Assembly (NCBI GenBank): GCA_024346625.1
Contig: AP024664.1
Span: 2,170,001-2,234,000, forward strand
Reading direction: 5' to 3'
Origin: Williopsis jadinii
Lineage: Eukaryota
Length of the DNA stretch: 64,000 nucleotides
In this document: piece after piece, positions 10,552-26,084 of the stretch
Position numbering within the stretch: position 1 is the stretch's first letter
Layout: each line of letters starts with the position of its first letter
Translations under genes and position numbers: made by a program
Notes under the pieces: model-generated
The model's database searches: none
The model's input: the letters and a program-made list of their open reading frames with translations, nothing else
What the model was told of the DNA's origin: nothing

Positions 10552-11186
10552 GGGATTCCATATGGGAGTTCCATGGGGGTTCCATGGAAATCTTCAATTT
10601 TAGTGATGTGGCGCGCGATCTTGAAAATCTAACTACAAGACTTGGTCTATATGGACTGTCTACAATAGATGTTTCCAGTAGATGCCCACCTTTTTGGTTG
10701 GGTTGCGCCCTGTTGAAAAATTCATTTGTAGGTGTTGATGTATAAAGTGTAAGAAGAACAAACCTCTCTAACAATCGACGAGAGGGTGGACTGAAAACAA
10801 AATCCATCGACGGTTGCCCTAAAATGAAAAATTTTTCACTGTTGCTCACACCGGAAAATTTTTTCCATGTTTGCGTCGCTTTTTTGTTGTGCTGCACGGA
10901 CCGGAAAAATTTTTCATCTTTGCGTCCCTTTTTTGTTGTGCTGCACGGACCGAAAAATCTCACTTCCGGAACACTCTTAAACCGAATCTCAATTTCGGGA
11001 CGGCCAACAACAAAATATGTGGCCTGTCCCAAAAACGCGTGGCCGAAATCTTGAAAATCCAAAATGTATGAGGCGAACCCAAAACATTGACGCAGGGTAT
11101 ATGCAGGCGGTAGACGGCGTTGGTATAGCTCTGAGACTACAGACGATTGAAGAATTCAAAATCCAGAAAACACAAGTCCACACCTG

Positions 11187-11237
11187 ATCAGTCTTCCAAA
11201 GATGAAAGAGGCTCGGAGGTACTACATGTGGGAGCGT
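11187..11237 (+). promoter_or_regulatory. Pol I core promoter, predicted start 11226
   Basis: GGAGGTACTACATGTG motif ~700 nt before 18S. Confidence 0.8.
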
Positions 11238-11928
11238 TTGGACGATTTGAAAAAGTCGTCTGGAGTGGCCCACAGGCCTTGTTGGACGGTGGTGAAGGTG
11301 CTAGTGTGGTCGCCAGACTGTGCTTGCCTTGTACACCGTGTCGACATGGGCGGGGATGGGTTCGTTGGGCATTCGGTAAGTGAAGGGAGACTCTCCTTCC
11401 ATCAACAACACCTTCTTTGCCCGTTCTGGGTTTAGGGAGAGACCATAGGGGGGGATCCTTTTTCTTTTGATGTTTTTCGGCCTACGCCTGAGCAGTCCCG
11501 TCTGGGAGTTCTTCCACGGGCGGGCACTGAGGGATTTAGTGGACTACTAGCCTATGGCAAGTGTTGTAACTAGAATCCTGGGGGCATACCTGCCTGGATA
11601 ACCGTAGCGATACGTGAGTCCAGGCGGCGTGACCTCCTCTCAAGCCAGTGATGCTAAACCCGGGACGCATGAAACACGGCACTGGAGTTTAGCGGAGCCT
11701 GTGCTAGAGGAAATTTAAAGAGGGCTATATGGATGTGTTCTGTTCCCTGCCTGGGTTCTCCAGGCTGGGGGCAAGCACCAGTAGTTCTAACGAACTACTG
11801 CTTTACCACATAATATCTTCAGGGAGAACTTCTCCCGCTGGAAACGGGGGCGGACCCGGCTCTAGGCAGCGTAGGCACACCGGCCTAGTCAGCTCCGCCT
11901 AGACGACACCCCCTAACCAAAGGATAGT

Positions 11929-13022
11929 TATCTGGTTGATCCTGCCAGTAGTCATATGCTTGTCTCAAAGATTAAGCCATGCATGTCTAAGTATAAGCAA
12001 TTTATACAGTGAAACTGCGAATGGCTCATTAAATCAGTTATAGTTTATTTGATAGTACCTTACTACTTGGATAACCGTGGTAATTCTAGAGCTAATACAT
12101 GCTAAAAACCCCGACTGCTTGGGAGGGGTGTATTTATTAGATAAAAAATCAATGCCCTCGGGCTCTTTGATGATTCATAATAACTTGTCGAATCGCATGG
12201 CTTTACGCCGGCGATGGTTCATTCAAATTTCTGCCCTATCAACTGTCGATGGTAGGATAGTGGCCTACCATGGTGGCAACGGGTAACGGGGAATAAGGGT
12301 TCGATTCCGGAGAGGGAGCCTGAGAAACGGCTACCACATCCAAGGAAGGCAGCAGGCGCGCAAATTACCCAATCCTAATTCAGGGAGGTAGTGACAATAA
12401 ATAACGATACAGGGCCCTTCTGGGTCTTGTAATTGGAATGAGTACAATGTAAATACCTTAACGAGGAACAATTGGAGGGCAAGTCTGGTGCCAGCAGCCG
12501 CGGTAATTCCAGCTCCAATAGCGTATATTAAAGTTGTTGCAGTTAAAAGCTCGTAGTTGAACTTTGGGCCTGGCAGGCCGGTCCGCTTTTTGGCGAGTAC
12601 TGACCCTGCCGGGCCTTTCCTTCTGGCTACCCTCCCCTCTGGAGAGGCGAACCAGGACTTTTACTTTGAAAAAATTAGAGTGTTCAAAGCAGGCCTTTGC
12701 TCGAATATATTAGCATGGAATAATAGAATAGGACGTTTGGTTCTATTTTGTTGGTTTCTAGGACCATCGTAATGATTAATAGGGACGGTCGGGGGCATCA
12801 GTATTCAGTTGTCAGAGGTGAAATTCTTGGATTTACTGAAGACTAACTACTGCGAAAGCATTTGCCAAGGACGTTTTCATTAATCAAGAACGAAAGTTAG
12901 GGGATCGAAGATGATCAGATACCGTCGTAGTCTTAACCATAAACTATGCCGACTAGGGATCGGGTGTTGTTTTTATAATGACTCACTCGGCACCTTACGA
13001 GAAATCAAAGTCTTTGGGTTCT

Positions 13023-13091
<69 letters not shown>

Positions 13092-13530
13092 GCGGCTTAA
13101 TTTGACTCAACACGGGGAAACTCACCAGGTCCAGACACAATAAGGATTGACAGATTGAGAGCTCTTTCTTGATTTTGTGGGTGGTGGTGCATGGCCGTTC
13201 TTAGTTGGTGGAGTGATTTGTCTGCTTAATTGCGATAACGAACGAGACCTTAACCTACTAAATAGCGCGACTAGCTTTTGCTGGTGCTGACGCTTCTTAG
13301 AGGGACTATCGATTTCAAGTCGATGGAAGTTTGAGGCAATAACAGGTCTGTGATGCCCTTAGACGTTCTGGGCCGCACGCGCGCTACACTGACGGAGCCA
13401 GCGAGTCTAGCCTTGGCCGAGAGGTCATGGGTAATCTTGTGAAACTCCGTCGTGCTGGGGATAGAGCATTGCAATTATTGCTCTTCAACGAGGAATTCCT
13501 AGTAAGCGCAAGTCATCAGCTTGCGTTGAT

Positions 13531-13576
<46 letters not shown>

Positions 13577-13660
13577 AATGGCTTAGTGAGGCTTCAGGAT
13601 TGGCTTATGGCGGGAGGCGACTCCTGCCTGGAGCCGAGAATCTAGTCAAACTTGGTCATT

Positions 13661-13718
<58 letters not shown>
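11929..13718 (+). rRNA. 18S: 18S rRNA
   Basis: TATCTGGTTGATCCTGCCAG to GGAAGGATCATTA; universal SSU motifs present, no intron. Confidence 0.99.
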
Positions 13719-13858
13719 GAGAACCTGGGCCTGCGCTTCTAGCGCGGCTCCAACCAATACACAGTGTATTTTGCTTCTTTTGCTTTGGCTCTGCCAAAGG
13801 TTTTAAACACAGAAATTTATTTTCTCTAGAAACTAGTCAATTTGAATTTTAATCTTCA
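13719..13858 (+). other. ITS1 (also 27876-28015, 40309-40448, 53052-53191)
   Basis: 140 nt between 18S and 5.8S. Confidence 0.95.
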
Positions 13859-14016
13859 AAACTTTCAACAACGGATCTCTTGGTTCTCGCAACGATGAAG
13901 AACGCAGCGAAATGCGATACGTAATGTGAATTGCAGGTTTTCGTGAATCATCGAATCTTTGAACGCATATTGCGCTCTCTGGCATTCCAGAGAGCATGCC
14001 TGTTTGAGCGTCATTT
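13859..14016 (+). rRNA. 5.8S: 5.8S rRNA
   Basis: AAACTTTCAACAACGGATCTCTTGG to GAGCGTCATTT, 158 nt. Confidence 0.98.
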
Positions 14017-14192
14017 CTCTCTCAAGATCCTCTAGGGGACTTGGTATTGAGTGATACTCTGTGTTAACTTGAAATACTCTAGGCAGAGCTCCCCCTAGAA
14101 ATCCTCTGGGCCGAAATAATGTATTAGGTTCTACCAACTCGTTATTTTCCAGACAGACTTCCAGGCAGAGCTCGGCTGAACAACCTTTCTAA
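14017..14192 (+). other. ITS2 (also 28174-28349, 40607-40782, 53350-53525)
   Basis: 176 nt between 5.8S and 25S. Confidence 0.95.
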
Positions 14193-17577
<3,385 letters not shown>

Positions 17578-17587
17578 TGTTTCGGCA

Positions 17588-17627
17588 ACTCTATTTTTTG
17601 CTGGCGGGTGCCAGCTGGGGATAGAGT
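17588..17627 (+). other. 3'ETS Rnt1-type hairpin (also 31746-31785, 44179-44218, 56922-56961)
   Basis: 18-bp stem (one U-U mismatch, four G-U pairs) capped by a GGGU (NGNN) tetraloop, just after the 25S end. Confidence 0.8.
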
Positions 17628-17666
17628 GTCACACAGTTGCCGTAGGCGACTGTGTATTTGTTTTGG

Positions 17667-17793
17667 TGACGGTAGGGTAATCTTTGGTGTGAGTGGTGTA
17701 GTTTTTGCTTTTTTGTCACGGGGTGTGTGGGTGTTGTGATGAAGATGGTCTCTGAGGTTTTATGACGGTAGGGTAACAGTTGGTGTGAGTGGT
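17667..17793 (+). terminator. Putative duplicated Pol I terminator, Reb1/Nsi1-type (also 31825-31951, 44258-44384, 57001-57127)
   Basis: TGACGGTAGGGTAA-N3-TTGGTGTGAGTGGT twice, 96 bp apart, flanked by T-rich tracts, starting ~90 nt past 25S. Confidence 0.55.
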
Positions 17794-17906
17794 TGAATTT
17801 TTTTTAATTTTTCACCAGAGCTCCCAGGAGGAATTTTTGTTTTTCGTGAGGGGAGGGGGTTTCCACCGGCTAGGCTGGGCTGGGCTTCCAGGCTGGGCTT
17901 AAAAAA

Positions 17907-18094
17907 GTTAGGCGGGTGGTCAGCCTAAAAAGCTAGGCGGGTGGGATAAGCCTAGAAAGCTAGGCGGGTGGTCAGCCTAAAAAGCTAGGCGGGTGGGATA
18001 AGCCTAGAAAGCTAGGCGGGTGGTCAGCCTACAATGCTAGGCGGGTGGTCAGCCTAAAATGCTAGGCGGGATGGGCTTAAAATGTTAGGCGGGT
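17907..18094. repeat. IGS1 25/27-bp repeats, 8 TAGGCGGG cores
   Basis: GCTAGGCGGGTGGTCAGCCTAAAAA and GCTAGGCGGGTGGGATAAGCCTAGAAA monomers. Confidence 0.93.
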
Positions 18095-18688
18095 CCACAC
18101 TGGGGCACCACAGACACCAAGTCCAAACACTTAGGAAAGACACCCAGACCAGACCAAGCCCAACCTATGGCTACACCAACAGATTCCCACAACGACAACC
18201 ACGGGAAATGGGAATGTGGCCCCAAAGTGGGATTTTACCAAAACCGTTAGTATGGGGATCCCCCAGGCAGTGGGAATTTCCGGTTACGAGCGCTGGCGAG
18301 GATTTTCTAATTTTGCGAGAAGTGCGACCATCCCTCCGCGCCTGCGCCGCTGCGGGATGGTCATAATGATTTAAAAAAACTAGGGGTATCCGGTTCCGCC
18401 CCCGTATATAGGTATATATATGTGTGTAGATGGGTGGGTGGTGGTGGTGGTGGACGGGGGGGGAGGGGGGTTTATATAGTTTTGGGTGGTGTTGGGTGGT
18501 CACGTGGGTCACGTGAGTGGTGTGCGGGTGGTGTGTGTGGTGTAAGGGTGTGCAGTCACCGGGCGGGTCACGTGGCTGGTGTTAGGGCTGGTGTAGGCCA
18601 CGGCCACCAGCCGGGTAGACTACCCCTTTTGGGACACCGGGTAGACTGCCCCTTTTGGGAAGCCGGTTACCCAACTTGGGTAAAAAAA

Positions 18689-18809
18689 AGATTGCAGCAC
18701 CTGAGTTTCGCGTATGGTCACCCACTACACTACTCGATCAGGCTCTTAGCAGCTTAACTACAGTTGATCGGACGGGAAACGGTGCTTTCTGCTAGATATG
18801 GCCGCAACC
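18689..18809 (-). rRNA. 5S: 5S rRNA
   Basis: 121-nt yeast-type 5S with T-run terminator. Confidence 0.98.
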
Positions 18810-19022
18810 GAAATGGAAGCGCGCGGGGGAGGTTACACTGCTTACACTGCTTACACCGCTTACTAAGCAGCTTACTAAGAACCGCTTACTAAGACACCGC
18901 TTACTAAGCACTGTGTAGATGTAGCAGGTGGGTGTAGGGGTAAGGTCCAGCGGGCCCAGGGCATCCAGGGGGCTGTCTATAGCGGGAGCTATAGGGCGCG
19001 TCGTACGTGGACGTGTAGCAGG

Positions 19023-22000
19023 TGTGTAGTGAGTGTCCATTGGGGGCCTGGGTGTCCAGCGGGCGGTCATTTGGTGATGATTCAGGAGTGAACCAGCGGT
19101 GAGTTGATGTCCACGGGTGGCCAGCGGGCCTCCAGGGGACCTCCAGGGGGCCTCTAGGGGATGGATCGTGGTCTCTAAGGTGGGTCTAGCATGTTTACAG
19201 TACATAGATGTGTGGAAGATGTCCATTGGGTGTCTGATTGTTTACTCGGGGTCCATTTGGTGTTGATTCAGGGGTGAGTTGATGTCCATGGCTGTCCAGG
19301 GATGTCCACGGGATGTCCAGCGGGCGTCCATAGGCCTCTAGGGGCGTCCGGTGGCTATATCGTGGTCTCCAGGGTCTGTCCAGGGTATTCCCAGCATGTA
19401 GTTGTGTAGAAGATGTCCATTGGGTGTCTGATTGTTTACTCCGTGTCCACTTGGTGATGATTCAGCGGCAGCGAGCGTTGAGGGGGCCTCTAGGGGCCTC
19501 CAACGGGAGCCTGGTGGATGGATCGTGGTCTCCAGTGTGTTCCCAGCTTGTAGATGTCCATTGCATGTCCAATAAGTGTTTGGTTGTTGACCCGCTGTCC
19601 ATTTGGTGTTGATTCAGGGGCGAGATGATGTTCACGGGGCCTCCACAGACCTCTAGCAAGAGCCTGGTGGATGTATCGTGGTCTCCAGCGTCTGTCCAGG
19701 GTATTCCCAGTGTGTAGATGTCCATTGAGTGTCCATTGGTGGCCTTGTTGTTTACACGGTGTCCACTTGATGATGATTCAGCGGCAAGCGAACGTTGATG
19801 GAGCGTCCAACAAGCCTCTAGGGACCTCCAGCGGGAGCCTAGTCGATGCCTAGACATCCTTAGGTGGTCTCCAGCATCTTCCCTGTTTGTAGTTGTCCAT
19901 TGAATGTCCATTGGTGGCCTTGTTGTTGACACGGTGTCCACTTGGTGTTGATTCAGCGGCAAGCGAACGGCGACGAGGTGGCCACCAGGCATCCACAGAC
20001 CTCTAGCAAGAGCCTGGTGGGTGGATTGTGGTCGCCAGGGTTGGTCTAGAGTATTTCCAGTGTGTTGATGTCCATTGAATGTCCAATAGATGGCTTGTTG
20101 TTTACCCGCCGCCCACTCGGTGATGTTTCAGCGGCGAGTTGATGTCCACAGTATGTCCACGGGGCAACCATAAGCCTCTAGCGACAGCCTGGTGGATGTA
20201 TCACGGTCTCTAGCGTCTGTCCAGCGTATTCCCAGCAAGTAGATGTCCAATTGGTGTCCATTGGTGGCCTTGTTGTTGACACGGTGTCCACTTGATGATG
20301 ATTCAGAGGCAAGCGAACGTTGATGGGGCCTTCACGCGGCAAACATAAGCCTCTAGCGAACGTCCAGTGGATGGACCGTGGTCTCCAGTGTCTGTTTGGC
20401 ATGTTCCCAGTACGTTGATGTCCAATTGGTGTCCATTGGTGGCCTTGTTGTTTACACGGTGTCCACTTGGTGTTGATTCAGCGGCGAGAAAACGTCGACG
20501 AGGTGGCCACCAGGCATCCACAGACCTCTAGCGATAGCCTGGTGGATGTATCGTGGTCTCCAGTGTCTGTTTGGCATGTGTCCAGTGTGTAGGTATACAT
20601 TGAATGTCCATTGGTGGCCTTGTTGTTTACCCGCTGTCCATTTGGTGTTGATTCAGGGGCGAGAAAACGTCGACGGCGTTGCCACCAGGCATCCGCAGGC
20701 CTCTAGCGATAGCCTGGTGGATGGACCGTGGCCTCCAGTGTCTGTTTGGCATGTGTCCAGTATGTAGATGTGTGGAAGATGTCCATTGGTGGCCTTGTTG
20801 TTTACACGGTGTCCACTTGATGATGATTCAGCGGCGAGAAAACGTCGACGTGGTGGCCACCAGGCATCCACAGACCTCTAGCGACAGCCTGGTGGATGTA
20901 TCGTGGTCTCTAGCGTCTGTCCAAGGTATTCCCAGTGCGTTGATGTCCATTGAATGTCCAATAGATGGCTTGTTGTTTACCCGCCGCCCACTTGATGATG
21001 TTTCAGCGGCGAGTTGATGTCCACAGGATGTCCACCAGGCATCCACAGACCTCTAGCGATAGCCTGGTGGATGTATCGTGGTCTCTAGCGTCTGTTTGGC
21101 ATGTGTCCAGCATGTAGTTGTCCAATTGGTGTCCATCGGTGGCCTTGTTGTTTACACCGTGTCCACTTGATGATGATTCAGCGGCAAGCGAACGTTGATG
21201 GGGCCTTCACGCGGCAAACATAAGCCTCTAGCGAACGTCCAGTGGATGGACCGTGGTCTCCAGTGTCTGTTTGGCATGTTCCCAGTACGTTGATGTCCAA
21301 TTGGTGTCCATTGGTGGCCTTGTTGTTTACACGGTGTCCACTTGGTGTTGATTCAGCGGCGAGAAAACGTCGACGGGGTGGCCACCAGGCATCCACAGAC
21401 CTCTAGCGATAGCCTGGTGGATGTATCGTGGTCTCCAGTGTCTGTTTGGCATGTGTCCAGTGTGTAGGTATCCATTGAATGTCCATTGGTGGCCTTGTTG
21501 TTTACCCGCTGTCCATTTGGTGTTGATTCAGGGGCGAGAAAACGTCGACGGCGTTGCCACCAGGCATCCGCAGGCCTCTAGCGATAGCCTGGTGGATGGA
21601 CCGTGGCCTCCAGTGTCTGTTTGGCATGTGTCCAGCATGTAGATGTGTGGAAGATGTCCATTGGTGGCCTTGTTGTTTACACGGTGTCCACTTGATGATG
21701 ATTCAGCGGCGAGAAAACGTCGACGTGGTGGCCACCAGGCATCCACAGACCTCTAGCGACAGCCTGGTGGATGTATCGTGGTCTCTAGCGTCTGTCCAAG
21801 GTATTCCCAGTGCGTTGATGTCCATTGAATGTCCAATAGATGGCTTGTTGTTTTCCCGCCGCCCACTTGATGATGTTTCAGCGGCGAGTTGATGTCCACA
21901 GGATGTCCACCAGGCATCCACAGACCTCTAGCGATAGCCTGGTGGATGTATCGTGGTCTCTAGCGTCTGTTTGGCATGTGTCCAGCATGTAGTTGTCCAA

Positions 22001-22813
22001 TTGGTGTCCATCGGTGGCCTTGTTGTTTACACCGTGTCCACTTGATGATGTTTCAGCAGTGAGTTGATGTCCACAGGATGTCCACGGGGCAACCATAAGC
22101 CTCTAGCGAACGTCTAGTCGATGTATCGTGGTCTCCAGTGTCTGTTTGGCATGTGTCCAGTGTGTAGGTATCCGTTGAATGTCCATTGGTGGCCTGATTG
22201 TTTACCCGCTGTCCATTTGGTGTTGATTCAGCGGCGAGAAAACGTCGACGGCGTTGCCACCAGGCATCCGCAGGCCTCTATCAAGAGCCTGGTGGATGTA
22301 TCGTGGCCTCTAGGGATGGTCTAGCGTATTCCCAGTGTGTAGATTTCCATTGAATGTCCATTGGTCGCCTCTTTGTTTACCCCCCGCCCGCTTGATGATG
22401 TTTCAGCGGCGTGTTGATGTCCACAGGGTGTTCACGGGGCAAACATAAGCCTCTAGCGAGAGCCTGGTGGGTGGAGCGTGGTCTCCAGTGTCTGTTTGGC
22501 ACGTGTCCAGCATGTAGATGTGTGGAAGATGTCCATTGGTGGCCTCGTTGTTTACACGGTGTCCACTTGATGTTGTTTCAGCGGCGAGAAAACGTCGACG
22601 GGGCCTCCACGCGGCAAACATAAGCCTCTAGCGATAGCCTGGTGGATGTATCGTGGCCTCTAGGTTCTGTCCAGCATGTTTCCAATACATAGATGTGTAG
22701 AAGATGTCCAACCAGCGCCCCTTTGTTTACCCTCTACCCCCTTGATGTTCATTCAGGGAAAAGTTTTTTTTTCGCAAATTCAGCGGCGAGAAAACGCCCA
22801 CGCGGTGGCCACC
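19023..22813. repeat. IGS2 175-bp satellite, array B (17 regular monomers)
   Basis: Anchors 19778 to 22753 span 2975 bp = 17 x 175. Confidence 0.95.
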
Positions 22814-24174
22814 GGTTCAGGCATTAGCTCCGATCCAGGTAAAGTGGCCCCGCCAGCTTGGTGTCCAGCAGTAAATTGGCGCAATTCGGGATCAACCACC
22901 CCCATGTGGGGCCCGGAGTTTGACACATCCTCTAATATCCGCAACACTTAAATGCTTCCAGAACTCCACACACACATCCTACCACAACCAAAATCACTGT
23001 TCCACGCTCACAAAATTCACGCCTTTCCAATGAGACCAAAATACCCTGGTATTTCCACCATTTGGGTTTTTCATTCCATTATTTTACTGTTAACATCTAC
23101 CCAAATTTTATAATCCGAAAAAGACTCACCTATTCTCGGAGATATCCTAAATTAATATATACTATATAATCCCATAACTCGGGAACTAGCAGAGCTTTCG
23201 AGCTATAAACACCACTACTGGATAGCTACGCTCCAGAACTTACCACTGGGTTTAAGTTGTTTCCCGGTTTATGGGTGCCCATCTCCCTGGAAAGCAAAAC
23301 ATGGTTTTTAGAGGGCAACCTGCATTTTCTCGGCGAACCCCGGTTTGTTCCAACTTTATCAAAAGTGGGTCTTTCATGGCCAAACTTGGGTCATATATTC
23401 ACCTTCAGGAGTAGTACCTATGGTCCAACAGCCATGGATGGGTGCACTTTGCCCATTGTTCAGGAGGTATAAGTACAAAATTACATGCATAAATGTTGAT
23501 TTTTGGGTGCCGCCGAGCAACCGGAATTAACCAGAGATGATGCAAGATGATAGTACTGTGTCAGTTACACCACCTTGGCTTATTAGATCGGTCAAATTCA
23601 TCGCGCGTGGTGGTGCAATTTGCGTTTAAAGGGTGTATAAAATGGCTTTTTGGTGTAAGGATGTTTGGGTGTTTGGATGAAATGTTTGGATGTTTTGGCA
23701 GGGTGGTGGGGGCAGGTGGGGGGCATATAATTGGATATTTTGGGATGGGGGCGATATGTTTGGGGAGTTTTTGGTATGGATCGGGAGGTTGGAGCGTGGT
23801 TTGAACCATTGGGCTTGTTGTGGTGTTTATGGCGTTTGTGCTGGGAGTGCGCTGGCTGTTACAAGTGTTGGGGTGGTCGGATCTGGCTTTCCGGGGTGTT
23901 GCCCGTTCCCGAAAAACAAAGTGGGGGCTTAACTATGGGCGCTTAACTATGGGCGCTTAACTATGGGCGCTTAACTATGGGAGATTCACTATGAGACTTA
24001 ACTATGGGATCTCTACTATGGGAGCTTCACTATAGGTGGTTAACTATGGGAGTTCCACTATAGGTGGTTAACTACGGGGATGGTAGGTGGTGTTGCCCGT
24101 TCCCGAAAAACAAACTGGGAGTTAACTATGGGCGTTAACTATGGGGTTCCACTATGAAGGTCTTTAATTTTTCC

Positions 24175-24708
24175 TGAAGTTATTCGCATCCATGAAAATC
24201 TATACTTTCAAGGGGTATTTAATTTTTGTTGATGTAGTGCGCGGCCCAAAAAATCTATAGAGGTTAAACTTTGGTGAAGTTATTCGCATCCATGAAAATC
24301 TATACTTCCAAGGGGTATTTAATTTTTGTTGATGTAGTGCGCGGCCCAAAAAATCTATATAGGTTAAATTTTGGTGAAGTTACTCGCTTCCATGAAAATC
24401 TATACTTTCAAGGGGTATTTAATTTTTGTTGATGTAGTGCGCGGCCCAAAAAATCCATAGAGGTTAAATTTTGGTGAAGTTACTCGCTTCCATAAAAATC
24501 TATACTTCCAAGGGGTATTTAATTTTTGTTGATGTAGTGCGCGGCCCAAAAAAAATCTATAGAGGTTAAATTTTGGTGAAGTTACTCGCTTCCATAAAAA
24601 TCTATACTTCCAAGGGGTATTTAATTTTTGTTGATGTAGTGCGCGGCCCAAAAAAAATCTATAGAGGTTAAATTTTGGTGATGTTATTCGCATCCATAAA
24701 AATCTATA
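24175..24708. repeat. IGS2 100-bp tandem repeat x5
   Basis: Same block as 2201-2734. Confidence 0.95.
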
Positions 24709-25343
24709 GGGATTCCATATGGGAGTTCCATGGGGGTTCCATGGTAATCTTCAATTTTAGTGATGTGGCGCGCGATCTTGAAAATCTAACTACAAGACTT
24801 GGTCTATATGGACTGTCTACAATAGATGTTTCCAGTAGATGCCCACCTTTTTGGTTGGGTTGCGCCCTGTTGAAAAATTCATTTGTAGGTGTTGATGTAT
24901 AAAGTGTAAGAAGAACAAACCTCTCTAACAATCGACGAGAGGGTGGACTGAAAACCAAATCCATCGACGGTTGCCCTAAAATGAAAAATTTTTCACTGTT
25001 GCTCACACCGGAAAATTTTTTCCATGTTTGCGTCGCTTTTTTGTTGTGCTGCACGGACCGGAAAAATTTTTCATCTTTGCGTCCCTTTTTTGTTGTGCTG
25101 CACGGACCGAAAAATCTCACTTCCGGAACACTCTGAAACCGAATCTCAATTTCGGGACGGCCAACAACAAAATATGTGGCCTGTCCCAAAAACGCGTGGC
25201 CGAAATCTTGAAAATCCAAAATGTATGAGGCGAACCCAAAACATTGACGCAGGGTATATGCAGGCGGTAGACGGCGTTGGTATAGCTCTGAGACTACAGA
25301 CGATTGAAGAATTCAAAATCCAGAAAACACAAGTCCACACCTG

Positions 25344-25394
25344 ATCAGTCTTCCAAAGATGAAAGAGGCTCGGAGGTACTACATGTGGGAGCGT
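25344..25394 (+). promoter_or_regulatory. Pol I core promoter, predicted start 25383
   Basis: Same motif and spacing to 18S. Confidence 0.8.
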
Positions 25395-26084
25395 TTGGAC
25401 GATTTGAAAAAGTCGTCTGGAGTGGCCCACAGGCCTTGTTGGACGGTGGTGAAGGTGCTAGTGTGGTCGCCAGACTGTGCTTGCCTTGTACACCGTGTCG
25501 ACATGGGCGGGGATGGGTTCGTTGGGCATTCGGTAAGTGAAGGGAGACTCTCCTTCCATCAACAACACCTTCTTTGCCCGTTCTGGGTTTAGGGAGAGAC
25601 CATAGGGGGGGATCCTTTTTCTTTTGATGTTTTTCGGCCTACGCCTGAGCAGTCCCGTCTGGGAGTTCTTCCACGGGCGGGCACTGAGGGATTTAGTGGA
25701 CTACTAGCCTATGGCAAGTGTTGTAACTAGAATCCTGGGGGCATACCTGCCTGGATAACCGTAGCGATACGTGAGTCCAGGCGGCGTGACCTCCTCTCAA
25801 GCCAGTGATGCTAAACCCGGGACGCATGAAACACGGCACTGGAGTTTAGCGGAGCCTGTGCTAGAGGAAATTTAAAGAGGGCTATATGGATGTGTTCTGT
25901 TCCCTGCCTGGGTTCTCCAGGCCGGGGGCAAGCACCAGCAGTTCTAACGAACTACTGCTTACCACATAATATCTTCAGGGAGAACTTCTCCCGCTGGGAA
26001 CGGGGGCGGACCCGGCTCTAGGCAGCGTAGGCACACCGGCCTAGTCAGCTCCGCCTAGACGACACCCCCTAACCAAAGGATAGT

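Noticed and set aside
19023..22813. 175-bp, 100-bp and 25-bp arrays as CRISPR arrays
   Set aside because: Whole monomers repeat with no unique spacers, there are no cas genes, and the context is eukaryotic rDNA.
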